From Curvularia clavata (lineage: Eukaryota), in the NCBI GenBank assembly GCA_023920165.1, contig CP089275.1:4526001-4590000 (forward strand): DNA of 64,000 bases, given 5' to 3'. The position numbers were made by a program, and so were the translations under genes. Each line of letters starts with the position of its first letter. Positions within the stretch are counted from its first letter, which is position 1. Shown here in pieces: positions 1-11,154 of the stretch. A model generated the notes under the pieces. That model was not told the origin of the DNA, made no database searches, and saw only the letters and a list, made by a program, of their open reading frames with translations.

Positions 1-1855
1 ATTGCTCGGTGATGACTTTGATGACTTCCTGCGAGACTATACCGCCTGCCAAAGCGCCAATATTGTGTAGTTCAGCGCCGCCAGCTCGTGCACTATTTAA
101 CAATTAGCTTGTTGTCTCGTAAATCTGCCCGATGGCTTTGAAGAAAAGCGCTCTGGCGGTAGACTGGGGCACTTACAGCTCACTTGCGTACTCTCTGACC
201 TGTGACTTGATCGCGTTATACTCTTCTTCCTCAAGTGAAGCGTTGGCTTCCTTGATCAGGTCATCTGTGATCTTGAGAGCAATTCCAGTAAGCTTCTCCG
301 CATCTGCGTCTGGATTGTTTTCTCCAGCAACTTGAGGTGCTCCTCCAAGGCCATCCTTGTCATGCGTCGCAGCAAACTCGTCCCAGGCGAGGAATGCAAT
401 GTAGAGTGGAATTTGCGAGTCGGGGAAGGTGAGCGTTTGAGCTGCAAGCTGTCAGCTCGCATTTCTAGTTATCTTGTCTGTAGACTTACCAATTGACTTG
501 GCGCGGTCACCCCATTTGATCTTCTCTCCCGTCTGCACGACATGAAAAGGTCGACCGCGCACCAACTTGATGTGTGCGGCGTTTTTGCAAAATGTTTCAA
601 TATCCTTCTCGTCAATAGCTGTGCTGCGGTTGGCATTTCGCTCCAGGAAGCGTACACTCTCGACCACCTCTGCTAGATCTCGTCGTGCCTTGGATTTGTA
701 AACATTTTGTAGTTGAATATAGTCTGCTGAGCGGGCCTTCATGTCCGGTACAGAGCCAGGGACTGGGAGAACGTTGTATTTTGTATAAAATAAGCCAATG
801 GCGTTTGCAATGACCCAGAAGCTTGGCGAGTCTTCGCGGATCAAGAGACACTCTGGCGCTGTGAAAATCTCCTTCACGGCGCTGCTCGCTTGGGGCGGAT
901 TGAGTGACTTCAGCACAGCTGCTACTGCTTCATCAAAGTTCTCTTCACCACCTTCTGGATTGTTTGTACGCGCAGCTTGCGAAACGGAGGTCCTGAACTC
1001 CGTCTTTTCTTTGTATGTCTGTGGTACTTCTCCCCCATGTCCCTTCTTCCATTTTTCCAGGAAATGTAGCAGCAATGCTATCCATGGCACGTGTCCATGG
1101 TCTTCCTCCTTCATGTTTTCAAGATCGGCCGTCTTTTCCTCTGCATATTGAACTAGCTCGGGCCATGGTTGCAGCAGTCGCAGGTCTGATGTGGTTTCGG
1201 GGCTGGGGTGTGTATCTACGATGGGGAATGCGGGGGGTAGGTGGACGGAGAAGTGGGCGTAGAAGCCGACCGAGTGGATGTAGAACAACGGAACTAGTGC
1301 AGCATCTGTATGGCTCCGTAGCTTGGTGAGGATATCGGGGCGAATAGGTGCGGTCGCAATGATCAAGGTATATGGACGCAGGGCATCAGGCTGCGATAAC
1401 CACGACTCGATAGGCTGGGCCGATTAGCTAGAGACGGAGAGTGAGCAACTGGTGGCCGTACCTCTGTGATGAAGTGGCCACGCACGTCGGGATTTAGCTC
1501 TTTGAGCAGATTGCATGTGTGCTCTGCACGGAAGCCTCCCAGGTGGCTGTCTTCTAAAAAGAAGTTGACACCCAGGTCTGCTTCACTGACCACGGCCGAA
1601 TCTTGAATCGTGAAGTCGCCAATACATGGTAGGACGAGGTTCTTGAGTGTTTCGACGCCAACAACACCCGGCCCTGAGTTGATGAGCAGAATGTGTGAGG
1701 CCTCTAGTGCAGCCTGGCCTGTAGCTCCCCAGAGGCGTAGTTGACGATCGTACCTGGTACTGTTAGTAGGCGGTGGTGCAATGGAACAGTAAAGAGAGGA
1801 TGCACTTTTTCTCTTTAGCCGTTGGGCCCTGGACGGGAGGCGGAAGGTCTGCCAT
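1..1855 (-). CDS. ULA1: NEDD8-activating enzyme E1 regulatory subunit (multi-exon, 3' end beyond window)
   Basis: The spliced start reads MADLPPPVQGPTAKEK|KYDRQLRLWGATGQAALE (intron 1754-1805). Also present: ETLKNLVLPCIG, NFDEAVAAV, LPVPGSVPDMKARSADYIQLQNVYK and a last visible exon ARAGGAELHNIGALAGGIVSQEVIKVITEQ, all typical of APPBP1/Ula1. Confidence 0.93.
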
Positions 1856-2161
1856 TCTGGTGGCCTTTCTTTACTTTTGGGGAGGTAGCGGATGGGAAGA
1901 ATGGCAAAGCGTGTTTGTCACGGCCGTGGGAGCTTGGTATCAGGCACCGGGACGCGCTCGAGCTGTCGGCGTGCGCTAGGCCTCATCCCTGCCGCGGGGT
2001 ATTTCCGACCATAGAGCGGGGCACGACATCGTCATCTTTCGCCGCATGCCCGTCGCCTTGTCACGAGCAAATCATTCACTTGCATCGCCCCAGCACCGCC
2101 GTGTTCCGTTGCTGAGGACTACAGGCCCCCAGCTGCACTGTATCCTTATGCGTGCCGGCCC

Positions 2162-3250
2162 ATGCCGTCGAGACTTACAAACGTCTGCACTGCGAGTATA
2201 AATCAGCAATTGCGCACCATCAGTCATCTCAAGCCTCCACTGCCCCTCCAAATTCTACCAATCTCTAAATTGGCTCTCCAGCCATCCCGCGCCTACACCA
2301 CCGGCAAATCTCTTTCGACAAAACCGCTCCACCGACCCAATCCGCCATTTCACCGTTTCTTCCATACCACCTCATCACTTAAAAACGCGAAAACCATGAC
2401 CGACACAAACGTTGAGGCCGCCAAACGTGCGGCTGCACAGCAAGCCGTAGCGGACCACTTTGATCCTGCCGCTACACACGTGGGAATTGGATCTGGTACT
2501 ACCATCGTCTACGTCGTTGAGGCCATCAAGGAGCGCTCGACCAACCCCAACATTCTCTTCGTCCCCACTGGCTTCCAATCGCGCCAGCTGGTTGTCAATG
2601 CCGGTCTGACTGCCATCTCCTTTGACAGTCTCCCCGACCATGTCATGCTCGATGTCGCCTTTGACGGAGCCGACGAAGTTGACGCCGAGCTGAACTGTAT
2701 AAAAGGAGGCGGCGCGTGTCTGTTCCAGGAGAAGTTAGTAGCCGAGCGCGCCAAAAAGTTTGTCTGCGTCGCAGACTACAGGAAACGACAGGAGCGCCTC
2801 TTGACCAATTGGCCAACTATCCCTATTGAAGTCGCGCCCCTGTCTCAGCTAAAGGTTGCTGCTGCCCTCAGGATGCTGGGGTCAACAGGACCCAAGCTAA
2901 GGACTACTTTACTCGAGAAATCAGGACCCCTGAAGACGGACCAGGATTTTTACATCATCGATGCCCCTTTCCCCCCTCTGCTCACTTCTGCCGATGTAGC
3001 CGCTGGAAAAGGAAAGGGCGACGGAACCGATGGAACATGGGAGGTCAATACCCTTAGCCGGGCCATCAAGGGCCTCACTGGTGTCCTTGAGGTCGGTATC
3101 TTCTCCGGATTGAACGGTATCGATGCCCAGGCTCTTCGCGAAAAGGACCAAAGCACAAAGACCGTACGCGGCGGTCAGAAGCCTGTTGCTGTGTACTTTG
3201 GAATGCAAGATGGAAGCATCAAGGTGCGCACCATTGAGGGAGAGAAATAG
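2162..3250 (+). CDS. RKI1: Ribose-5-phosphate isomerase A (core start ATG 2396; optional N-extension from 2162)
   Basis: RpiA motifs VGIGSGTT, VPTG, DGADEVD, IKGGGACLFQEK, PIEV and GVLEVGIF in one intronless ORF. Confidence 0.95.
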   Translation: MPSRLTNVCTASINQQLRTISHLKPPLPLQILPISKLALQPSRAYTTGKSLSTKPLHRPNPPFHRFFHTTSSLKNAKTMTDTNVEAAKRAAAQQAVADHFDPAATHVGIGSGTTIVYVVEAIKERSTNPNILFVPTGFQSRQLVVNAGLTAISFDSLPDHVMLDVAFDGADEVDAELNCIKGGGACLFQEKLVAERAKKFVCVADYRKRQERLLTNWPTIPIEVAPLSQLKVAAALRMLGSTGPKLRTTLLEKSGPLKTDQDFYIIDAPFPPLLTSADVAAGKGKGDGTDGTWEVNTLSRAIKGLTGVLEVGIFSGLNGIDAQALREKDQSTKTVRGGQKPVAVYFGMQDGSIKVRTIEGEK

Positions 3251-3755
3251 ATAAGCAACGCTGAGAGCGGAGTTTCGCCATTTATATACGCCGACTATTC
3301 GACACAGAAAACGAAATGTCAACAATATCAGATCTTTTTTTTTTCATGCCCCGCCGAGCGTATCGAAAAGTGATGTTCGCCTAGCCTGTATCGTATGCGA
3401 GTTGGTTACTGCAAGGGCGTGTGCTACTGCGTAACTGTTGATCAAAGAAAGCGGGCTGCATTGCACTGACAACCAGCCAAAGCGGCGGTGGCATATCTGT
3501 ATCATACAGAGCATGATTCATTCATATATATGCTAAAGAAGATGTAGTAGAGAAAAAGGCCTCATCAAAGGACAAATCTTATCCCAAGCCTACATGTTAA
3601 GAACAGAGCCACAAAAGGCTCGCGAACGTTTGCTCAACCAAACAGGTCGCAGAAAGTAATACAAAAAAGGTGGGTCCACTCTTTGCCCAAAACCCGGTCT
3701 AAAAGACACTTGGTCTTCAAAACACGTCGATTTACCAAAGCATATATTTACACAC

Positions 3756-5328
3756 TTAGGCGCGGTACATGTGCCTCCTCGGGTAAACGTGAGCACGCTT
3801 CTTGTAGTCTCCCGCTCCAGGTGTAGGCGTAGCAGTTACGTAGACAGTAGTAGTGACAATCACCAAGTCAGTGACGTAAACACACCTGTATCCCTTGGGG
3901 CAAGGCTCCTGGGTGGGCGCGGGCGCGCCAGGCGTTGAAGGAGCGACAGTGATGGTGGAGATGGGTGCTTTGCTCAGCGTAGAAGGCTTGTTGTGCGAAG
4001 GCGCGGGAGGAGCAGGAGCAGTGGGCTCCATGATGGGCGGGCTGTCGTACTGGTCGTTGGTTGGGGGCTGGGGCGCAGCAGCAGGGGAAGAAGGAGTCTG
4101 CTTTGGTTCCTCACCGGTAGGCGTGGACTTTGCAGGCGTGTCGTTGGGTGCAACCTGCTTGTCACCGGTGGAAGGGGGTGGCGTTGACTCAGGTGACGAG
4201 GCAGCAGGAGCTCCTTGGGTCGCCATGACCAAGCCTACATCGATCTTCTTCTTCTCGGGTGTAAGAATCTTACCCTTGTTGGGCGGGCCAACCCAGTTGC
4301 CAGCTTCACACTGCGCACCAATCTCCTTACACCTGGCTTGATAGAGCTTGCAGTTTGCGCCGCCGGTTGGAGGAGCCGAATCGTAGCATACGTCGCTCTG
4401 GGCCCAGCAGTCCTCGGCAGCGGCCCAGCATCCCTTCTCGTCAGTGTAGGACGCGACTTCCTTGGCACACCAGTTTCCGTTCTCCATGATGCAGCCTTCG
4501 GGTTTGAGACCTTTGGTTTGCACAGGAGTGGAAGACTTTTTCGCACCACTGGACGTGAGCTTTGCGATCTTGGGACCGGGCATAACGTACGTGCTGGCAT
4601 CCTTGTTGTAGATGTCAAAGCTGGTAGAAGGCTCGTCATATTTGACGTATCCAGGGATAGACACAGTGGACTCAGGAACGAGGTTACCAGTGCTCTCGAC
4701 GAAGATTTGCGCACAGCCAGTGTAGAATTGTGGATCTCTGTCATTGGCGGCGTGGAGAGCAAGAATTTCGGGACGGGCAAGGTAGTCGCCTCCCAAGAGG
4801 CCCTTGGGGAGGTTAACAGAAAGGAGACCGTTGTTGTCGATGATCTCGTCACTGCACCAGCGCTTGGTGGAGCTGTCGTAGCCGTGATCAAAGATCTTGA
4901 ACCAGCCGTCACCGGCGCCCTTGTCAGTGCTGGCATCGTCGACCTTCTTCAGATAGACGGCGCAAGGGCCCTTGTGACCGCGATCAAGACGTTCCTTTGA
5001 GGGGTCATCAGGCCAAGAGCGAATCTCAAAGGTAAGAAGAGCGCCGTCCTTGACAGACTGAGTGCGCGACAATCCTTTGGTACCTTGGACATTGCAGGCC
5101 ATATCAGTGCTGTCGAGACTACCGATAGGGGCGCTGACGTGGTCTCCCGAAGGGTTCATGCGAATGGCAACACCATCACCCTGGTTACTGTCAGCAAAAG
5201 CCAGATACCAAAGAAGCGGCAAGATGTACCTGGGGCATGCCATCGACATAGAAGTCGCTAAAGACTGTGTGGGCAAGGGCTGCTGGGGCCGAGCCCAGGG
5301 CCGCAAGAAGGATAGACTGTGTCTTCAT
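3756..5328 (-). CDS. AA9 (GH61) lytic polysaccharide monooxygenase with Cys-rich module and P/S/T-rich tail
   Basis: Signal peptide MKTQSILLAALGSAPAALA is followed by His1 (HTVF); intron 5181-5229. Motifs HKGPCAVY, WFKI, GDYLARPEILALH and PQFYTGCAQ match the AA9 His-brace/Tyr set. Confidence 0.92.
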
Positions 5329-6899
5329 GATGTTCGATTTCCGGAAGAGCAGCGTGGTTGGAGAATTGATGACGTTCGAACTCAAGTGCAAGGGCTGGGT
5401 TGGTCACTAGGACTTGATGGTAAAGAATGAAAGTGCCGAACTAGCGACAGTGAATGAACGAAACAGGCTGCTGAGCGCCTTTGCGAAGAGAGAGGGAAAG
5501 ACAAGAAGTTGGATTTGGGAGTTCCGGTAGTGTGGCAGAGGAAAGGTCAGAAAGTTGACGGGGCGGCGTCTTACATACTAGGCGTTTGATTTCACTCTCG
5601 CACCGCTGCGCCGAGACCCGATGGGTAGTGCACATGTCTCAATCAAGTGATTTCCACGACGGTTCCCGCCAGCACGCAGGTCTTTCTTGGCATGTTAGGC
5701 CTCCTTGTAACACATCTGCCGTACGCCGCAGTATGCTGTTATTGTTTTCCTGTAGCAGCGACGCCTGGATGTGCAGCATGCAGTCGGCCTGGGAGTCCTA
5801 GGAGTCCTGGCAGCCACTAAACGGAGAGATGAGGTTGTGCTTCTGAAACATGAAACACAAACGGACGATTTTAGCGATTGCGCTAGACATGTTTTAGGAA
5901 TGGCCCATCCGCTAGCTGGCGTCTTCTCCGGCGGCGCCAAGGTCAGGTACGATGCCTCTCATTTCCAGCTTTTTGGCGCCGTCACCGGGCCCAAGGTGAT
6001 TTCTGACTATAGCGAGGCGCCTGTATCACGTCAGAGGCGGGGGGCTATCGATATGAAGCAGCCATCTCCCAGGAACCGCGCCGATCCAGTCCTCGCCCAA
6101 GCGCTAGAGAATATCGAGCCATGTGGAATTTGGTTCAGGAGCTCCTGCTATATTAACGTGGCGCTTGCAAAAGGGTGTTGCCCAGACCGATGTTCATTTC
6201 GCCAGTCCTCACACTGCAGACAGCAACCTGTGCCGCTAGAAGGGAACCCCGGGCGGCTTTCATGTTAATTGCGATCCCTGCTGTTGTTGGAGGGCCGTAC
6301 GAAATGTCAGCTTGGCGCATCCTAGTCCCCTGGGCCAGAACACAAAGACATTGCAGGACTCAATTTGGCATCTTCGGGCAGAAACGACAAACATGCCTGT
6401 GTACTACACGTAGTCGCATATCCTGCTACGGAACGCGGGCATCCATCTATGTGCAAACTCATCCTTCTCTTTTCATCGAGGGAGGAACATTGGCCGTTAT
6501 CCGCTGAGCATTACAATATCCGTCGTTCCCAACGGAAGCACAGGCTCGGGTTGATTTTTCTGAAGCCCCTTGTATTTTCCAGCTCTTTTCATGTGGGTCC
6601 CAATGGGGCGGATGCTCGTAACACCCCACCCACACCAGTCATTTCGATTACCAAAGATACTTTTGTTCCGGCTCCCGAGCCGCGGAGATCGTGATAATAA
6701 TACAAATACGGCCCCACCTTCAAAGCATCGCCCACTGTTGGAAAGGGCTCCAGACACAAGCTTCTGAATGCTACGCACGCCAGTGCGTGACGTTGCTGCT
6801 AAAATAAGGAAGCCGAATGCGTTCATCCACAGCATAATACAAGGTCCGTATTGTCGTAAAAATATCTCATTAGTTCAGGAGAACAAAAGCTCCCCCAGC

Positions 6900-9387
6900 T
6901 CAACTATACATGCCCCTCTTCTCGTATGGCGATGCACTGGGCGCTTGTAGGTATTCATAGGAGCCGCTGAGATGCGCGTTGAGAAGTGGCTCTGACCGAC
7001 CATCCTCCTTTGCTTCTGCTCTCTCCAGGATACCTTTGACAAGGTCACTAAAGTCGGTAGTGCTTCGATATTTGTGCGCTATATAATCCGGGGCTCCTGC
7101 TCCAACCTTCCGAGTGGCCCATTTCACATCCGATACTTTGATACCATATAGCTCTCGCCATGGCAGTTTGCTGAAACGGATTTCGACGCCCTCTGTGTAA
7201 GACACGCCTTCACGTTTTTGGTTGAGGCAGCAGACGATCGACGGTTCGAAGCAATGCTGGGAGTTCACAATCCCCATTTCTTTTAGGCCGTTTTCAACGG
7301 CATTAATCAGCCATCGACTGCCTCTCTTAGTGAGATAATGCATCTTTTTCGAATCGCCTAACGAGGCTCTAGGTATTTGGCGGTCAAAGAGAGGTTTGAA
7401 ATGCCTCGCAAGCTGTACGGTACCCATGTAACGATCCAACTGGACAGCGTCCCAAGGACTAAACAACGGATCATATGCGAGTGGCCATTTGCTAAGAGAG
7501 ATTAGAGAGTTCAAGATAAACCCCTCCGACAGTCTCATTTCATATCTCGGTCGGGGGGCTATGTTGTATGTCGGCCGTATCCATGGCGCTACCGGGTTTG
7601 GATTAGTGCTGGTTGAGCCAGCTAGTTCGTACACACTTTTCCTGATATCCATCAGTAGTCTATTCTTCTCCACAACTTCTGCAGACGAAAGAATATTTGT
7701 TGGGTCAAGATTGAGACTCAGAGTGCCTTCAATCTGTTTGAAAACGTTCAGCCAATTGTCGAGAAGTATGATTTCCACTGCAACTTGTCGAGTCAATCGG
7801 CTGGTCGTGCCAAAACGTGCGACAGATCCTTCGTAAGCAACGCTGTAGGCAAGTATGGCATTGGCATGTTCTTGAGTATGTAAGCAAAGGTCTCCCAGCC
7901 ATCGCGCAGCCGCTATGTCTCCCTCATCCAGATTCTGGAGGTTGAGGAAGCTGCCGTGGAAGACATCCTCAAACAATTTCTTTGCCTTTAGAACCTGGCC
8001 GGTGAGCGAGGCGCACGCTCCAAGCAGATGCTTGAGAACACGATGGTCAGGTTGGCCACCTTGGCCACCGGATGGTCTCTGCCCACGTTCCACTGCTGCT
8101 AATTGATCCTCGAGGTGCTTTTCTGCAGTGATGAAGTCATTCCTATACCATGCAGCCACCGCCTGTCGTGCTGTCCACTCCATATCTATGACAACAGCCA
8201 TACCTTTTTCAAAGTAAGATGGGGGCACATCGCCATCCAAAGGAAGGACAGGAACTGGAGGTGGTTGTGGTGAAGGAATGGTTGGTGGTCCTCCAGATGA
8301 ACTTTGCAGCACACTACTCGTGTGTGAAACAGGCATATGTGGAGTGCCAGATACATTGGAGCGAATGGAGGGTGTGAGAAGCGGTGAGCGCTCTGGGTCT
8401 GCATACAGTGAAGCGTGATCCGAATCGACGTCTTGTGTTATACTTGACAAGGATGTTACGGAGTCCCCATGCGAAGCAAGAGAATTTGTTGTACTTGGAT
8501 GAGAATGTGGAATGGGTGGACGAGGTATAGGCGGACGGGGTATGGGCGGAGGTGGTCGGGAAGGAGGTGAAATCTCCACTGAGGGAACAATCGTAGGTAT
8601 ATCCAGGCCACTGAATGATTCCCCAAGCTCAATTTCTGCAAGCGCCGTCCCAAGGTCTTCTGAAATGGAACCATCTGCGACTGGCTCCATTGGTCGCTCC
8701 TCAAGAAGTTTCCCCTCATTTACTGCGGTAATGAACCAATTCACAATATATTCGCGGTAGCTTAGTGCTTGATGTTGAGAGATTCCAACGTCTTCCAGGT
8801 CGCGGAGAATCTGGTGCCATGCCTCGTCGTTTTCGTAATCTTCCCGACCCCCCGAAGTAAGCCGCTCAATCGAAGCAATGCTCTCTTCGCGATGACCACC
8901 CCTGTAATCCCTTTGTAGGCTCTCTAAAGCCTCTAGTATCAGGACCTGATTGTCGTGTATCAAGGAAGTCCAGAAGGTGTTTAGCATCACCACGCTTGCA
9001 ACAAGCCGCTCCCGCAAGTTTCGAAAATTATTAGGATCAAACGTAATACGATCATATGTTCGCTTGCTTTTTGTGTCGAGCTTATTGTAGTGCAACAGGA
9101 GCCGATCGAGCTCTTTTAGAACTTCGATGCATGGCACATATGCATCAAAGAGCTGTTGCTGTTTGCTTTCAGGTATCTTCTCAAATTTATCCTGTATGTC
9201 GCCCAGGAGATTGGTAAGACTGCGTGTTTCGACTGTCAGAGTTTTGTACTCTCCAGGGCAGTCACGGCCTACATCAAGATCAGCATACGGGAAGCTGCAG
9301 GAGTGCAAGTGACGGACAGTTCTTGTACACCTTTCCTCCTAGTTCGCACAACTTGATTATGTCTCCGATACCTATACCGAAGCTCAT
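6900..9387 (-). CDS. Uncharacterised protein: HeLo-like/SesA-type N-terminal domain, Pro-rich linker, TPR-like helical C-terminal region
   Basis: Exon 1 MSFGIGIGDIIKLCELGGKVYKNC, intron 9269-9317 (GT...CTGAT...TAG), then the 802-aa ORF. The N-terminus fits the MSFGxxxGDI pattern of fungal STAND N-terminal domains. The C-terminal half has TPR-like helices (AEKHLE, LLGACASLTG, WLGDLCL..ANAILAY). Confidence 0.7.
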
Positions 9388-11154
9388 CTTGTCAGTTGGC
9401 GGGATGTGTCCACATCGAACTCAGAAAGTAAACACGATGAACTATGAATGCGCGCTTTGCTAGGTATGAAGAGACGGTTATATTGCACACGAGGCTGGAA
9501 AGCTAGTAATTTTGTTTGTTAAAAGGGGAGGCCTGATTGGAGATTTGGGGGCGAAAAGAGCTGACGTCACCCAATAGCCTGGGACTGCACATGAATGTGA
9601 CCAGGCTGCAATAGAAAAGCTTGATCGGTGCGGTCTTATCATAACAGGATGTTGCACCGTGCTATGTTTGTATATGTCGTGGCGTTGGTGTTGATATGAC
9701 AGGCGTGTGGTAGCGAAGCAGAAATCCGTATGGTGGACATCCAAAAGGTATTACTGCGGGCTCCCGATCGATCAGTAAAACCGCGAATAGGCCACCAAGT
9801 GGTGATTCCCACCAAAATTCACCACTGTTAACACGAAATATCACGACAGCTATCGACTTTTTTAAAATTTTAAAAACACTAGGTTGAACATTTAGCCTTA
9901 GATTTAGTACGTATTCGATTTAAAAAGATTAAAAGTTGAAATATAGCATTATAGTCTTGTTAGAAGTAACCATTCTTACAGAGCTACTGTGTTGCTACAG
10001 TAGCTTATTCGCGGCCCACCGGGAGGGGTGCGGGCCACTTTGCAACACCTGTCGAAATAATCGGCTTATCTAAGCAAAGCCACTCCTCAAAGCGTGAGCT
10101 TTACTCGACGGTGACCCGAGGACACCTCCTTGATCTATGTCGCCACCGTCTGCCAATTGGCATGGCTGATCTGGAGCCGAATCTCCCTAGGATGCGAACC
10201 AAGCGCCACATGCTACCATTCATGCAGGGCAAAAAGCCACCAGCTAGGACTAAGTCCAGTTGTCTGGTAATCTGGTCAAAGACGCCTCAGCCTTGCGGCG
10301 GTCTATGCTAGAAAGCACTCCCCTCGCAAGGCTGGAGGCTGTGCCGGCTAATGTGCGGAGGTCTAACTTGGGAAAGCACTCATACATTATAGCTCTACTT
10401 TATCTTTCCGTCAACACTCACGCGATTGAGTCTCTCGGCCAACTCTGAGTGTGAGAGCCTCTGCCAAGGTCATATCACAACTGGGTCTCAGATATTCCTG
10501 AACTTGGATGAACTTGTAAAGTTTTGCAAAATGGGATTTTTGAGAATGCAAATTAGCTGGGGAAAATGGTATTCATGTTCCCTTCATCATGAAGACTTGC
10601 ATTCTCATTTCTTCTAAGAGTTTCTTTTTGCAATGTGATGTGATACATGTCTTTTGTCTCACAAAACCATATGCAATGATTCTCAAGTCTGTGAATTCAT
10701 CCTCTGTTTATCTCTCTATATCCACGAATCTCGGGATTGGAGTTAGTTAGTTTGTGTTTTGCTACGTCTTGATTTGGCCAGTTTGACTTGTGTTTTTTGT
10801 TGGCACTGTGCACGCACTGCTATGCTTTGCTGGTTTTTCCTCTCACTTGACTTTCTTCTAGGATGCTATGGGAATGCTTATGAGGAATCTCTTTCTTTCA
10901 CTTGGCCTCAGTCTCTCTTTCGCTTGAGGTTCACTCTCCGCTTAAGGTTCCCTCAGTCTCTCACCTCCTCACTCCCTCACTTCCTGACTTTGTATCACTA
11001 GGCTAGCGCTGGCTGGGAATTATATAAACCTTCACGGATTGGGTCCACGACACCTCTTACTCCACAGCTAACCTCACATCCCACTTCAACATCTCTTATA
11101 TATTCTCTAATTCCTACTTGAGCATCTCTTTGAGGACTGCATTCTTCCAATACC

